In this document: positions 29,878 through 39,991 of the stretch, piece by piece
How positions within the stretch are numbered: the stretch's first letter is position 1
How the letters are laid out: the number at the start of each line of letters is the position of its first letter
Origin: a virus
Taxonomy: Duplodnaviria; Caudoviricetes
Reading direction: 5' to 3' (one strand)
DNA: 64,000 nucleotides
IMG/VR virus record: IMGVR_UViG_3300045999_008257
Span: 225-64,224 of that record
Translations under genes and position numbers: made by a program
The notes under the pieces: generated by a model
Told to the model about the DNA's origin: nothing
What the model saw: the letters and a program-made list of their open reading frames with translations, nothing else
Databases searched by the model: none

Positions 29878-30834
29878 ATGTCTTCCACTACTCTTTGGTC
29901 TCATTTTGAGGCCCGCGCTGAACTTGGCGCTTCAAGGCTTGAACTTGCTGCATTGCAAATTCTGCGCAATGGTCCATTGTCTGGTCTCATCCCATGGGTA
30001 GATATTCCTGGGATGACGTATAACTTTGCGCTGCAAGATGAGCTGCCCAAGGTTAAGGCTCGCCTCTTTGATGAGGCAAGCGAGCGTGGACAGGGCAACA
30101 CTGTGACAGGTGCGCAAAATGTGCACGTTTACAGTCATGATACTCGCACTGACTCCTCGAAGCTGGCACTGCTGGGTCAAGACACGCATAACCGACAGGT
30201 TGCGGCTGCTGTTCGGTCGTTGCGACTGGCCATTGAAAGCGACTTCTTGAACGGCAATGAGGCCTTGAGTGGTGGTCGCGAAATGGATGGGATTCGGAAG
30301 CAAATTCCGAGTTCTCAGCAGCTCGTCAATGCTAGCGGTGGCGCTGGTCTTAAGCTCAGCAAGTTGGATGAATTGATCGCCGAAGTAGACGGTCCCAATG
30401 ATGAGAAGGTACTCATTCTTCCCAAAAAATTGAAGACCAAATTCGGCGCCGCAGTTCGCAACATTGGCGTAAGCGGTTTGTACATTCAGGGTATTGATCA
30501 GCTTGGTCGATCCGCTCAAATGTATGACGGTGTGCCGCTGATTGAGACTGATGTGCGGGATGACAACCTGCCGATTCAGCCCTTCACTGAGTCTAACAAT
30601 ACGACCACAATTTATTGTGTTCGGATGGGCGAAGGTTTCACTAGCGGCATTCAGGGACCTGTCTACAACGAAAGCGGCGAGCTTACCAGTGGACTGGTGA
30701 TTTACGACCTTCCAGAGTCGTTTAATACCGCAACTCGCGCTACTCGCTTTACGTGGCACTGTGGCGCTGTTGTTGAGGATCCCAACTCGATTGCTTCCCT
30801 GTCTGGTATCACATTGGCGGATATTACCGCCTGA
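29878..30834 (+). CDS. Major capsid protein
   Basis: 318 aa after the scaffold; FLNG…EMDGIRK, LSKLDELIAEVDG, YDGVPL, W..G.VV..P.SIA.L.GI. Confidence 0.88.
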   Translation: MSSTTLWSHFEARAELGASRLELAALQILRNGPLSGLIPWVDIPGMTYNFALQDELPKVKARLFDEASERGQGNTVTGAQNVHVYSHDTRTDSSKLALLGQDTHNRQVAAAVRSLRLAIESDFLNGNEALSGGREMDGIRKQIPSSQQLVNASGGAGLKLSKLDELIAEVDGPNDEKVLILPKKLKTKFGAAVRNIGVSGLYIQGIDQLGRSAQMYDGVPLIETDVRDDNLPIQPFTESNNTTTIYCVRMGEGFTSGIQGPVYNESGELTSGLVIYDLPESFNTATRATRFTWHCGAVVEDPNSIASLSGITLADITA

Positions 30835-30869
30835 TTGTGATCGTCAAACTACCCTATCCGAGGTAACCA

Positions 30870-31364
30870 ATGTCTAGGCCTACTGGCATTTTTCTTCAAC
30901 GGCCATACCTTCGCAGCCGTGAGAACATTCTGTTCGGTGCTGTTCGTGATGGTGAAGGTGTTGCAGCCGAAACTCGCACTGGCGCCGCGCGCTTGCTGCA
31001 AGACAAGCTCAATGGCCAGCCTAATGCGCTTATCGTGGCTGTCGGTGCGTTATCTAACGCATCTGGCGGATACTACATCGAGGTGGCGCATGTTCCGATC
31101 GGTGGAGTGCTCGCTGATGCCAATCCTTCTGGGTATGTGCGCATCGGAAGCATTTCATTTGCCGGAACAAATCCATCTGAAGCAAGCTTCAACAAGGTTT
31201 CTCTGGAGGCTGCCGTGAAAGCCGCAGCGTCTCCTGCGCTAACCGTTGATCCTCGTGTTGTGGCCATCCGCCTTGTGGCCGGCACTGGCACAGGCGAGGG
31301 AGGCAATGGCCTTGCTGTTCCCGCTAACACTACTGGAGCCGTGATTCACTATCAACCCGTTTGA
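30870..31364 (+). CDS. Head decoration / minor capsid protein
   Basis: Follows the capsid gene, RBS GAGG, Ala/Gly-rich beta composition. Confidence 0.6.
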   Translation: MSRPTGIFLQRPYLRSRENILFGAVRDGEGVAAETRTGAARLLQDKLNGQPNALIVAVGALSNASGGYYIEVAHVPIGGVLADANPSGYVRIGSISFAGTNPSEASFNKVSLEAAVKAAASPALTVDPRVVAIRLVAGTGTGEGGNGLAVPANTTGAVIHYQPV

Positions 31365-31388
31365 TATTGAACCGTCAATCGCTACAAT

Positions 31389-31412
31389 GGGAGGAGAAAT
31401 CCTCCCTTTTTT
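31389..31412 (+). terminator. Intrinsic terminator / hairpin
   Basis: GGGAGGA-gaaa-TCCTCCC-TTTTTT. Confidence 0.7.
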
Positions 31413-31432
31413 AGTATTTCTCACCGCCAATC

Positions 31433-31663
31433 ATGACTCAATCATTTGCGTTCAATCCTCACGCCAGCCAAGAAGCTAACCAAAATTTTGTTAGATTTTT
31501 GCACCAACAAAATGAGCAAAATGCGCCTCCTGAAGAGGAGAAAGAAGCAGAATCTAAGCCCGTGATCAATCTAAAGCCCAAACGCCAACGCGCTCGAAGC
31601 GACGAAGGTAAGTTTGCCGCTGATAATCCAGAAACACCACAAGATGAAGCATGGCAAGAATAA
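31433..31663 (+). CDS. Small protein with RARxxxGKFxxDxPxTPxxEAW motif
   Basis: Motif visible; I recall it from small cyanophage proteins (unchecked). Confidence 0.65.
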   Translation: MTQSFAFNPHASQEANQNFVRFLHQQNEQNAPPEEEKEAESKPVINLKPKRQRARSDEGKFAADNPETPQDEAWQE

Positions 31664-31695
31664 TACGGGAAAACTAGATCAACAAGTGTAACGCC

Positions 31696-32052
31696 ATGGC
31701 TTGGGTTACAACAACTTGGCAGATGGAGCAGGGCATAGATGCCTTGTTGCCGCTTCGGCTTTGGCAAGATGCTGCCAAGACTCAGCCATGGCCTTTTATT
31801 GATTGGGATATAAATGCAACCGTAAGTGATACAAGAGGGCGTAATGTGTGGCCGGTCACAATAAGAGCAACTCCATCAAGTGGTGTGCTAGACTTAATCT
31901 TTCCTGAAGCTTTAGTTAATGCGCTTAAAACTAGCAGGACTTATCGTTTTGATTGCGGCGGTTGGCCACCCGGATCCACGGCCGCCGATGACCACACCAT
32001 TGCAACAGGCCCGGTCGTCGTGGCCCTACGCACCAGCCGGAGGGACGCATGA
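31696..32052 (+). CDS. Tail-fibre adaptor / baseplate-like protein
   Basis: Late motif upstream; coupled to the fibre gene. Confidence 0.55.
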   Translation: MAWVTTTWQMEQGIDALLPLRLWQDAAKTQPWPFIDWDINATVSDTRGRNVWPVTIRATPSSGVLDLIFPEALVNALKTSRTYRFDCGGWPPGSTAADDHTIATGPVVVALRTSRRDA

Positions 32053-34079
32053 GCTGCCCGTCGGTGGTGAATGTTGCGATCCCAGGCCCGCCTGGGGTGG
32101 GGCTGCCGTCGGGAGTTGGGATGGCAGAATATGCGGTTGTAAAGGATGGCAATACGCCTTATCTGTATAAATTAGTCGAACTAGAACAAGTAGGCCTTCC
32201 TCAAGCGCTTGGCATTGCAGCATCGCCTACGTTTACTGGGCTAACGCTATCTGGCTTTGCCTCTGGTGCGGTTGGTATTGTAACATCTGGCACCAACGGT
32301 CAACTTGCTAGAGTATCTATTGGCGCTGGATTATCTATTGCAAATGGTGCGCTAGTTGCATCTGGAAGCGCAGGCACCAACCTGTCTTACGATCCGTCTA
32401 CGAGGCTGCTTTTGAGTAGCACGGGTGATGATGTAACCTTACCGCTGGCAACAACTTTGGCGGCTGGATTGCAATCCAGCGCTGACAAGATCAAGCTTGA
32501 TTCTATAACAGTAGATACAGCAACAAAAACTATTGAGCGCGTTAGAAATACAACCGGGGTTGAAATACCAAAAGGCGCCGTTGTTAGAATTCCATCGCCT
32601 GGCTCATCTGGAACCACGCTGCTAGTTGCGCTAGCCGATGCGTCAGACGAGTTAACAGCGGCCAACACCTATGGGCTTGCTCAGGATGCAATTCCCCATA
32701 ATTCAGATGGTATCGTGCAAACGTCAGGCACGCTCAGTGGAGTTAACACTGATCACCTTGTAGAGGGTGAGCTTGTATTTTTGTCTGAAGTTGCAGGACA
32801 AACAACTAGCATAAGACCAACACAGCCTGCGCATGGCGTTATTCTTGGATGGTGCATCAAAAAAGGACCGGGAACAAGCGGCATTCTTGCTATAAAGGTT
32901 GCTAATGGCCAGGAACTAGACGAACTTCATGATGTATTGATTACCGGCAATCCGCCTGCCGTAGGCGCTCCTAGGCCAGTGCTAGCGCGTCATTCAGACG
33001 GCTTATGGCGCAATACACTGATCACGCCTGCTGATATTGGCGCTGCTACAGTTGCCTCCACAGGATCATATAACGATCTAACAAACAAGCCTGATTTAAG
33101 CATCAAAGCCGATCTAGTTGGCGGAGTCATTCCCACTGCTCAGATCCCTGCGATTGCAATCAGCGATTACCTGGGAGCCGTTAATAGTCAAGCCGCAATG
33201 CTGGCGCTAACCGGTCAGCGTGGCGACTGGTGTCTACGCACTGATACCGGCAATGTTGGTCAGTGGATTTTAAGTGGTGATAATGCCTCGATCATTGGGA
33301 ATTGGGTTCAAATTCCTGTACCTATTGTACCTGTTCAAAGTGTAAATGGGCAGACTGGAATCATTGTTTTATCTGCGGCTGATGTTGGAGGCGTTTCCAG
33401 TACGGATGCACGCCTGTCGGATTCTAGGGAGTGGTCCGCAGAGACGGTGGGTCAGGCCGAAGCCGAGGCTCGAACGGCCACCACTCGCCGGGCTTGGACC
33501 GCTCAGCGAGTAGGCCAAGCCATCGCGGCATGGTGGACCGCTACCACCACCACTATTGGTCGGGCGGTGGCAACAGCGGCAACCCAAGCCGATGCTCGGA
33601 GCGCGATCGGCGCAGGGACCGGGAATTCCAATCTGGCGCTTGGCACCAGTGCACCACTAGACCTAGCAGCAACGGCGGCGTCTGGCTCGTCTGAATTCGC
33701 CGCGCCGATTGATCACCAGCACCGGAGAGACACTACAACATTCGCAATCCCTCTGTCTTACGGTACTGCACCAGCAGGCAACTCTAGTACAATTATTGAT
33801 ACGTTTACCATTCCATTTTCTTATGAAATCATCAGCGCAGGGCTGGCATGTGAAACCACTCCAGTTACAAATCCAATCATAGTGAATATGACTCTTAATG
33901 GTACAACCATATTTAGTACAAAGCCGCAGATTAATGTTGGTAGCACAACAACCAGTAACACACCAGTTCTTTCTATTACATCAGGAACATCAAGTAGTGT
34001 TTTGCGAGTATATATAGATCAAGCTGTTGGCGGTGGAACATTTTTGAAGTTATACTTTACTTTCAGGAGGACTTCTTAA
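32049..34079 (+). CDS. Tail fibre protein
   Basis: GPPG, TGSYNDLTNKPDL, VQSVNGQTG..VLSAADVG fibre motifs. Confidence 0.8.
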   Translation: MSCPSVVNVAIPGPPGVGLPSGVGMAEYAVVKDGNTPYLYKLVELEQVGLPQALGIAASPTFTGLTLSGFASGAVGIVTSGTNGQLARVSIGAGLSIANGALVASGSAGTNLSYDPSTRLLLSSTGDDVTLPLATTLAAGLQSSADKIKLDSITVDTATKTIERVRNTTGVEIPKGAVVRIPSPGSSGTTLLVALADASDELTAANTYGLAQDAIPHNSDGIVQTSGTLSGVNTDHLVEGELVFLSEVAGQTTSIRPTQPAHGVILGWCIKKGPGTSGILAIKVANGQELDELHDVLITGNPPAVGAPRPVLARHSDGLWRNTLITPADIGAATVASTGSYNDLTNKPDLSIKADLVGGVIPTAQIPAIAISDYLGAVNSQAAMLALTGQRGDWCLRTDTGNVGQWILSGDNASIIGNWVQIPVPIVPVQSVNGQTGIIVLSAADVGGVSSTDARLSDSREWSAETVGQAEAEARTATTRRAWTAQRVGQAIAAWWTATTTTIGRAVATAATQADARSAIGAGTGNSNLALGTSAPLDLAATAASGSSEFAAPIDHQHRRDTTTFAIPLSYGTAPAGNSSTIIDTFTIPFSYEIISAGLACETTPVTNPIIVNMTLNGTTIFSTKPQINVGSTTTSNTPVLSITSGTSSSVLRVYIDQAVGGGTFLKLYFTFRRTS

Positions 34080-34080
34080 G

Positions 34081-34596
34081 ATGAGTGAATTTATTGTCGC
34101 CAATAGCGAGACTGGCGAAGAAAAACCATGGCCACGTAAACATTGGGAGCCAATTGTTGACCTTCAAACTCCGCCGTGGTACGTGCTAGAGGTGATTCGC
34201 GAGCCAATGCCTGCGGTGGCAGATGGATGGGTTGCGGTGCCAATCAAAACACAAGATTTTGAGAATGGCAGGTTAGTCTATAGCTGGCAGATTGAGCAAC
34301 TCCCGCCGCCGGGGCCGGATTATCAAGGGTTCTATGATGACCTGATTGCCAGCAGCGTGTATTCAGTCGTCATGTCAACGCCTGGCAAGACGGGCGACCA
34401 AGCCGCTGCAATGACGGCTTTTTTAGGTGCGCTAATGAAGAGCGAAATGGGCAGGGAAAATATACCAGCACTGCAAGCCGCTATATGGTTGCTTCTTGGT
34501 CAGATCACTCTCTCCGCCGAGGGTTTGGCAGAGCTTCAGGGCCTGATGGTTAAACACAGGCTGAGCGGCATTTACACACTAGAACCGCCGCAATGA
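34081..34596 (+). CDS. Tail-fibre-associated protein
   Basis: Position. Confidence 0.5.
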   Translation: MSEFIVANSETGEEKPWPRKHWEPIVDLQTPPWYVLEVIREPMPAVADGWVAVPIKTQDFENGRLVYSWQIEQLPPPGPDYQGFYDDLIASSVYSVVMSTPGKTGDQAAAMTAFLGALMKSEMGRENIPALQAAIWLLLGQITLSAEGLAELQGLMVKHRLSGIYTLEPPQ

Positions 34597-35426
34597 GTAT
34601 AATTTACTTTGCGAGAAATCCGGCAAGTTTTGCGCCCTCACTTCTATTAGACTCATATCCAGGCGCGGCTTTTGCCTACTCTCTCCAGCAGCTCAGGACT
34701 GGAGTGACAAATGTAGTGGATGTGAGGAGATCCAGCGATAGCGCAGTTCTTGCGTTTACAGCGCAACAAATAGTAGACGGGACCCTACTTTCCTGGGTAG
34801 GCGCTGGTAATAACGGCTTTGTCCCTCGAAAGTATGACCAGACGGGGAACGGTCGTCATGCGACTCAATCAGTGGCAGCCAACCAGCCGCAAATCGTTGC
34901 CAATGGGGCACTGATCACCACAAACGGAAAGCCGGCGCTTCGCTATAACGGTACAAGCCATCGAATGGACATACCGGCAACTCCTCTCTCGATGAATAAC
35001 TTTTATGCCCATATTGTTTCAAAATCCGATTCAACCACAGCAACGCAATTTGGCCTTAGCCTTCCAGACAGTAATAGAATTTACCTGCCGCTTATTCTTA
35101 GTGGTTATTCAGTCGGGTATTCTGATTCTTCGACCAAGTTTGGCTTTAGTTCTACTCAAATCACAAACCAGTATTTAACACAAATTAACGCAGGCTCGAC
35201 AATAACAAATGCATGGCGCAATAATTCCGCTTCTACTGCTACAGCTAGCAGCTCTGTTGTTGATCCTGGTGTAGATTTTTCGCTTGGATCATATAAAAAA
35301 GCAGGGGGCAACCTGATCGGCTGGTGGAATGGAACAATACAAGAATGTGTTTTCTACACATCAGACCAATCCGCCAACCGAGCCGGGATTGCTGCGGCCG
35401 TAAACGCGCTCCATGGAATCTATTGA
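34593..35426 (+). CDS. Putative receptor-binding protein (LamG/ConA-like)
   Basis: AYSLQQL…VRRSSD…YDQTGNGRHATQ…QPQI…WNGTIQECVFY. Confidence 0.7.
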   Translation: MSIIYFARNPASFAPSLLLDSYPGAAFAYSLQQLRTGVTNVVDVRRSSDSAVLAFTAQQIVDGTLLSWVGAGNNGFVPRKYDQTGNGRHATQSVAANQPQIVANGALITTNGKPALRYNGTSHRMDIPATPLSMNNFYAHIVSKSDSTTATQFGLSLPDSNRIYLPLILSGYSVGYSDSSTKFGFSSTQITNQYLTQINAGSTITNAWRNNSASTATASSSVVDPGVDFSLGSYKKAGGNLIGWWNGTIQECVFYTSDQSANRAGIAAAVNALHGIY

Positions 35427-35496
35427 GCACCCAAGCAAATATAGCACACCACCATTAAGTCAACCACGGGAAAACTAAGGTAACACAGCCAGCGCT

Positions 35497-35760
35497 ATGG
35501 CACCCGCGCCACAACAAGACAATCAGCTATGGCGCTTCATGAATCAGCCGCTAACGGCTGGTATAATACTGTTTCTTTTGAGTGTAATTTGTGCTGGATT
35601 GTTTAGAATTTCTAACCAGTTAAATGAGCTAAGTGATGGCCAAAGATTAGGACTAATTGAAATCGGCGCACTAAAGCAAAGAGTTGATAGGCTAGAAGCT
35701 AATGATAGGAGGCAAGAAAATGATATTGTACTGCTTAAATATCAGATAAACACAAAATGA
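35497..35760 (+). CDS. Membrane-anchored coiled-coil protein (lysis-associated?)
   Basis: One TM helix plus coiled coil; late motif upstream. Confidence 0.55.
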   Translation: MAPAPQQDNQLWRFMNQPLTAGIILFLLSVICAGLFRISNQLNELSDGQRLGLIEIGALKQRVDRLEANDRRQENDIVLLKYQINTK

Positions 35761-35948
35761 ATAAAACACAAATTCAACTTTCCCTATGTGCTTGCGTATT
35801 GCTAAGCGCTGTAGGTGGATTTGGTAGTGTTTTTTGTGGCAACCAGCAATGTGTAGAGGCATGGAGGACTAGCGCGGCAGGTGCATTGTCCGCTGCTGGA
35901 ACACTTGCGACCTACCTGGCTAATCCCCCTGGCGAAGGTGGTGACTAA
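35757..35948 (+). CDS. Holin-like small membrane protein
   Basis: 63 aa with two hydrophobic segments at the end of the late operon. Confidence 0.4.
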   Translation: MNKTQIQLSLCACVLLSAVGGFGSVFCGNQQCVEAWRTSAAGALSAAGTLATYLANPPGEGGD

Positions 35949-36418
35949 GGGTGATTAATCACGACATAAGGGTGATTAGTCACAATATAGGTTCTACCCT
36001 TAAAGTGCAACCTTTCAAGATATTTTTGACTTGTTAATCTTTTAAGATGATCAGACGCAGTGTCGCTAATTCTTTGATTAAAGCTAAAGCCCAAAACATG
36101 TTTAAGATGATTTTTAACATCAATAAACCAAAATTCACTACCTACAGGAATTTGGTTTATATAATCACAAACATGATCATACACTTTACGAGACGTGACA
36201 CCAAGAGGTATAACACCTTGAATTGAATCAGCACTGGGCTTGGTTAATGGCTTAGATCGTTCTTGCGGAATAGAAGATTTTATTGCTGCAGGCTTTTCTT
36301 GTTCAAGCGATTCGATCGCAAGCTCGATATATGGAATTGCTTCTGCACTTTTAGAGTCTTGAATGCGATCAAGTGCTTTTTGCAAAAGATCTGCAACAGA
36401 GTAATTCAGTGTAATCAT
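35945..36418 (-). CDS. Hypothetical protein, possible C-terminal winged helix
   Basis: ORF; start probably MITLNY…. Confidence 0.5.
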   Translation of the reverse strand: MITLNYSVADLLQKALDRIQDSKSAEAIPYIELAIESLEQEKPAAIKSSIPQERSKPLTKPSADSIQGVIPLGVTSRKVYDHVCDYINQIPVGSEFWFIDVKNHLKHVLGFSFNQRISDTASDHLKRLTSQKYLERLHFKGRTYIVTNHPYVVINHP

Positions 36419-36472
36419 GGGAGGTGATGAATGAAGAACAGAGCAATGCTTGCAGTGGCAAAAACTAAGCAA

Positions 36473-37537
36473 TCATCGCTCTCCCTTGAGGCGTGCTTTC
36501 TGTTGATTGATCGCGCGCTTATACCAACTCGGCAATACTGCTGCCGATGGTGATACAGAATAACCAGGCCAGTAGTCAATCTGTAAAGACAAATGAACTT
36601 TGTTGATTGCAAGTCGATACAGCGACCTGCCATCACTTAATTGCTCATCAGTCATGTAATAACGACCAATAAATTCTGGTCCAATAGGATCCTTTTCGAT
36701 AGCAACCCATTCAAATATGATTGGCAATATAATTAGCGAACCCTCAGCAAATCCCATAATTTTCTCTAGCGCAGCACGGCAGTGATACAGTGCATCATGG
36801 TAGAATGCTGATTGCACGATGTAACCGTACTTGGCAATCGCTAGACCAAAATGTGACTCACCTTCCCCTGCGTCTTGCGCTGTTTTTATATCACCAATCC
36901 AAAGGTGATCATCAAAAATACGCAATGAATCTATTCTTGCCTTGATTCGCTGCTTTGTTTGTGTATCAATATAGGTAAAGGTGATCTCATTAAGCATTCT
37001 ATATTTTTCGGTCTTTTCGTATCTGTACTTTAAGATCGGATGTTGCCATAAGGCATTAGCATAAGCAAATCCCCTTGAGTAGTTGGCCTCTGATACAATC
37101 TCAGCCGTGGGCGGCAGATTGATTTTCTCCCACTCAATCCACTGATCTTCGATTGCTTTATATTCTTTCCATGTTTCATGAGCTTTAGCGGGCTTGCCAC
37201 CTTTTGTCAGTCGATCAGGTTCTATGAGCTGCTTTTCTGTTGGCCTTTTTGGTAGATCAGGAGCCAACACATAGCGTGAGGAAAACTCATCCCATTCGAG
37301 CACAAGCGCATGAGCGATATTGCCCTGGATGAAAGCGTCCCTTTCCTCCTGTTCTGGCCTATTGGGATCAATGCACTTTTTCCAGGCATGTGCTTCTGTT
37401 GAGCCGATGACTTCCTTGCATAAACTTGCATTAATACCCGGAAGATCATCATAAGCCTCACGCGGAAGCTTGCAAAAAACTTGAGGAGAGCTTGTTAGTT
37501 CAATGCCCCATTTTTGCTGCCATTCAGCTTCATTCAT
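36473..37537 (-). CDS. RecE/exonuclease VIII-like PD-(D/E)XK nuclease (DUF3799-like)
   Basis: GNIAHALVLE, IKARID…DIKT, YGYIVQSAFY. Confidence 0.85.
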   Translation of the reverse strand: MNEAEWQQKWGIELTSSPQVFCKLPREAYDDLPGINASLCKEVIGSTEAHAWKKCIDPNRPEQEERDAFIQGNIAHALVLEWDEFSSRYVLAPDLPKRPTEKQLIEPDRLTKGGKPAKAHETWKEYKAIEDQWIEWEKINLPPTAEIVSEANYSRGFAYANALWQHPILKYRYEKTEKYRMLNEITFTYIDTQTKQRIKARIDSLRIFDDHLWIGDIKTAQDAGEGESHFGLAIAKYGYIVQSAFYHDALYHCRAALEKIMGFAEGSLIILPIIFEWVAIEKDPIGPEFIGRYYMTDEQLSDGRSLYRLAINKVHLSLQIDYWPGYSVSPSAAVLPSWYKRAINQQKARLKGER

Positions 37538-37852
37538 CAGCCATGCTCCTGAATTTGGTTGCAAGTGTTTCGAGCTTGCATACAACATCTTCTAATGATG
37601 TTGTTTCTTTTTTTTGCAGTTGAACAAGTTCATCAATCGCCTGTTCAATCGCATCGTTGATCTTGTCTCTTGGCATTTCTAGATAGCAAGGTTTGCAGGT
37701 AAATGATGCGCCTATCTTTTTGACGTATTAGGCCATGAAGTTTAGTTAGCTGTAGCCTATGTCTGCGATCATCAAGGGAAGGCCGGAAGAAATATCCGGC
37801 CACAAATCCAAATCCAAGCGCAGATGCTGACAATAGTGCTAACGCCAGCATT

Positions 37853-38080
37853 CTAGGCATTGGGGTCGTCAGGCTTGAAACTGCCGCAATTGATGTCAGT
37901 AAGTGCGCGTTGATAGCCATAGCAAGCTGCCAGATGGATTGCCTCATGCCAAGCGGCAAGGTTTTTGATGTTAGAATTAGGTACTTCTGGATCCATCTTT
38001 AGCGCAGCTTGCGCCATGATAAATTCCAGCACTTCAGAAGGTACGTCTAATTCTTTCAGTGGAATAACGACTTCAATCAT
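37853..38080 (-). CDS. Hypothetical protein
   Basis: Coupled to the upstream gene (ATGA). Confidence 0.55.
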   Translation of the reverse strand: MIEVVIPLKELDVPSEVLEFIMAQAALKMDPEVPNSNIKNLAAWHEAIHLAACYGYQRALTDINCGSFKPDDPNA

Positions 38081-39171
38081 ACCAGCTCCTGCTGAACGTC
38101 ATCATCAGCCTCAGAATCGGCCTGTAACTCGCTGATCTCTTCATCTGTGAGGATTTGAGGGCCATCGCCGCCAGAAGCACAACCCATGTTCCATCTCTCA
38201 ACTGATGTTTCATTGCCTAAGCCGCCGATCACATCCCGGAAGTTGACGGCCGGGAGCGATTCTAGTCCGTCAATCTGAAAACAGGCGCAAACATCCACCT
38301 CAAAAGCCCTGGCGCCAACAGCCGACAGACGCCTTGACATGGCCGCATCTAATCGACTGCGCAGTTCCTGCGTCAGGATGGCGTCAGAATCGGGAGTGGC
38401 ACTAGAGGATGGTTGCAGCGTCGCTGGGGCCGCCGTGGGTGTTGCCTCAAGCATTGACGGCGCCGTGCCGCCTAGTGGCTGTGCGGCGGGCTCTGAAGAG
38501 TCGCCATCCGGCATTGTTTTCCCTGACATTTGTTGATAGCAACGCGACAAAAACTTTCGTGTTGCCTTGCCAATCAACTGATCAGCAGTGCTGTACTGAT
38601 CAGATTTGACCGGAATAGTTGCCGCAAATGACACGGTTTTTTCTTGTATCCATGTAGCGGAACACTCTACAGTGACACCGCCAGCCGAAGACTTTGGAAC
38701 TCCGATATTCAACTGAAAATCAGTGATTGGAGCTACTTTGATTAGTGCTTCAAGTCCCTCTTTAGTGCAATAGAATCTGCCTGCGATTATATTAAATTGA
38801 TTGCCGACCAACTGCAATCCGCGCAGCAATGCTTCAATAGCGGCTTCTTTTACGATCTCATACTCATAGGGAATGTTTGGCTTGTAGCTTCCGTCTCTAT
38901 CTTTTTTCTTGATCTTTGGATCCCGGTCGGTTCTGAATCCGAGGGGCGAATCTTGTAGGGCAATAATTGCTGATCTGATTCCCGGATCATCAAAATATGT
39001 TCGCAGCGATTGAATTGCAACAGCAGACTTGAGAGCAGCCACAACACTTCCTGATGTAGCATCAGAATAAACTGCAGTGGCTTCAGTGGCGGCTGATTGC
39101 AAACCATTTAAGGCATTATCTGAAATAGACAACGCACCAGCTTTTGGCTTGGGAGCTAAAGAACTTGTCAT
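38077..39171 (-). CDS. Putative single-strand annealing recombinase (RecT-like)
   Basis: Same operon as the RecE-like gene; EALLRGL..VGNQFNIIAGRFYCTKEG. Confidence 0.6.
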   Translation of the reverse strand: MTSSLAPKPKAGALSISDNALNGLQSAATEATAVYSDATSGSVVAALKSAVAIQSLRTYFDDPGIRSAIIALQDSPLGFRTDRDPKIKKKDRDGSYKPNIPYEYEIVKEAAIEALLRGLQLVGNQFNIIAGRFYCTKEGLEALIKVAPITDFQLNIGVPKSSAGGVTVECSATWIQEKTVSFAATIPVKSDQYSTADQLIGKATRKFLSRCYQQMSGKTMPDGDSSEPAAQPLGGTAPSMLEATPTAAPATLQPSSSATPDSDAILTQELRSRLDAAMSRRLSAVGARAFEVDVCACFQIDGLESLPAVNFRDVIGGLGNETSVERWNMGCASGGDGPQILTDEEISELQADSEADDDVQQELV

Positions 39172-39261
39172 GCAAAATGAAGCAAACTGCCCTTTCGGGT
39201 GCTCTCATTTTACCGATACAGCAGCAATAAAGGGGCAGCATCTTAACAATGCTTAACCAAT

Positions 39262-39282
39262 AAAAAAGGGGCCGAAGCCCCT
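39262..39282 (-). terminator. Intrinsic terminator after cyAbrB
   Basis: AAAAA-AGGGGC-cgaa-GCCCCT. Confidence 0.75.
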
Positions 39283-39305
39283 CCGCCTGTTCTGACGGCA
39301 ATCTA

Positions 39306-39749
39306 TCAGCCGTCGATCGGATCGGGAGCTTCGGTCTCCGAATCCTCATCGGTCGTGGGACAGGTGCCATCGGGGCAGCCTTCCGGGGCCTGGCCTTGAG
39401 CAAGAAGTGGCTTGAGAGTGAAGCCCTTTCGGGTCACGATGATCTCAAAGCTGTCGCCAGGATTAAAGCCAGCTTGGCGCGTATAAGCGCCGCCGACCAT
39501 CAAGTTGCCATTAAATTGCACCTGAGTGCGGAATGTTAGCGATCGTCCGGGAGATTTTTTCTTCCCGCCGAGACTGATACCCTTCGCCTCCAGCAAAGCC
39601 TCCAGAAAAGCATTCACCCTGGCTCGTTCAGTACCATCGCCTTTTGTGGTCACGTAGCCAGTCTGGCGAGCAATCTCAGCCTGGCCAAGGCCTTCATTTT
39701 CGAGCTTCTTCACTGCGGCCACCAGTTCAGATCCAGTCAATGCGCTCAT
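39306..39749 (-). CDS. Cyanobacterial AbrB-like transcription regulator (cyAbrB)
   Basis: LTGSEL…IARQTGY…FLEALLEAKG…GR.LTFRTQVQFNGNLMVG.AYT…PGDSFEI. Confidence 0.9.
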   Translation of the reverse strand: MSALTGSELVAAVKKLENEGLGQAEIARQTGYVTTKGDGTERARVNAFLEALLEAKGISLGGKKKSPGRSLTFRTQVQFNGNLMVGGAYTRQAGFNPGDSFEIIVTRKGFTLKPLLAQGQAPEGCPDGTCPTTDEDSETEAPDPIDG

Positions 39750-39991
39750 GATAAAAAGTTGGGAGCGGACAATAGAATTATAGCACCGCACAAGCCATAG
39801 CGCTATTGTTTAGGCTTGCTTATATCTGATAGGCCAGACTCGTCAGGATCTTCGGCTGCCATGGCTTCAATGCGCTCAATTTCTTGAATGATCGGAAGCA
39901 TTTCTTCCACAAAACACCAAAGATCTAAGCTGATCATCGCTGCAAAAAGCAAAGATAACCAGCTTAGAGCAAAAGGTTTTATGTTGTGGGG

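Noticed and set aside
29932-30759. 275-aa antisense ORF over the capsid gene
   Set aside because: Shadow ORF with no recognisable motif or expression signals.
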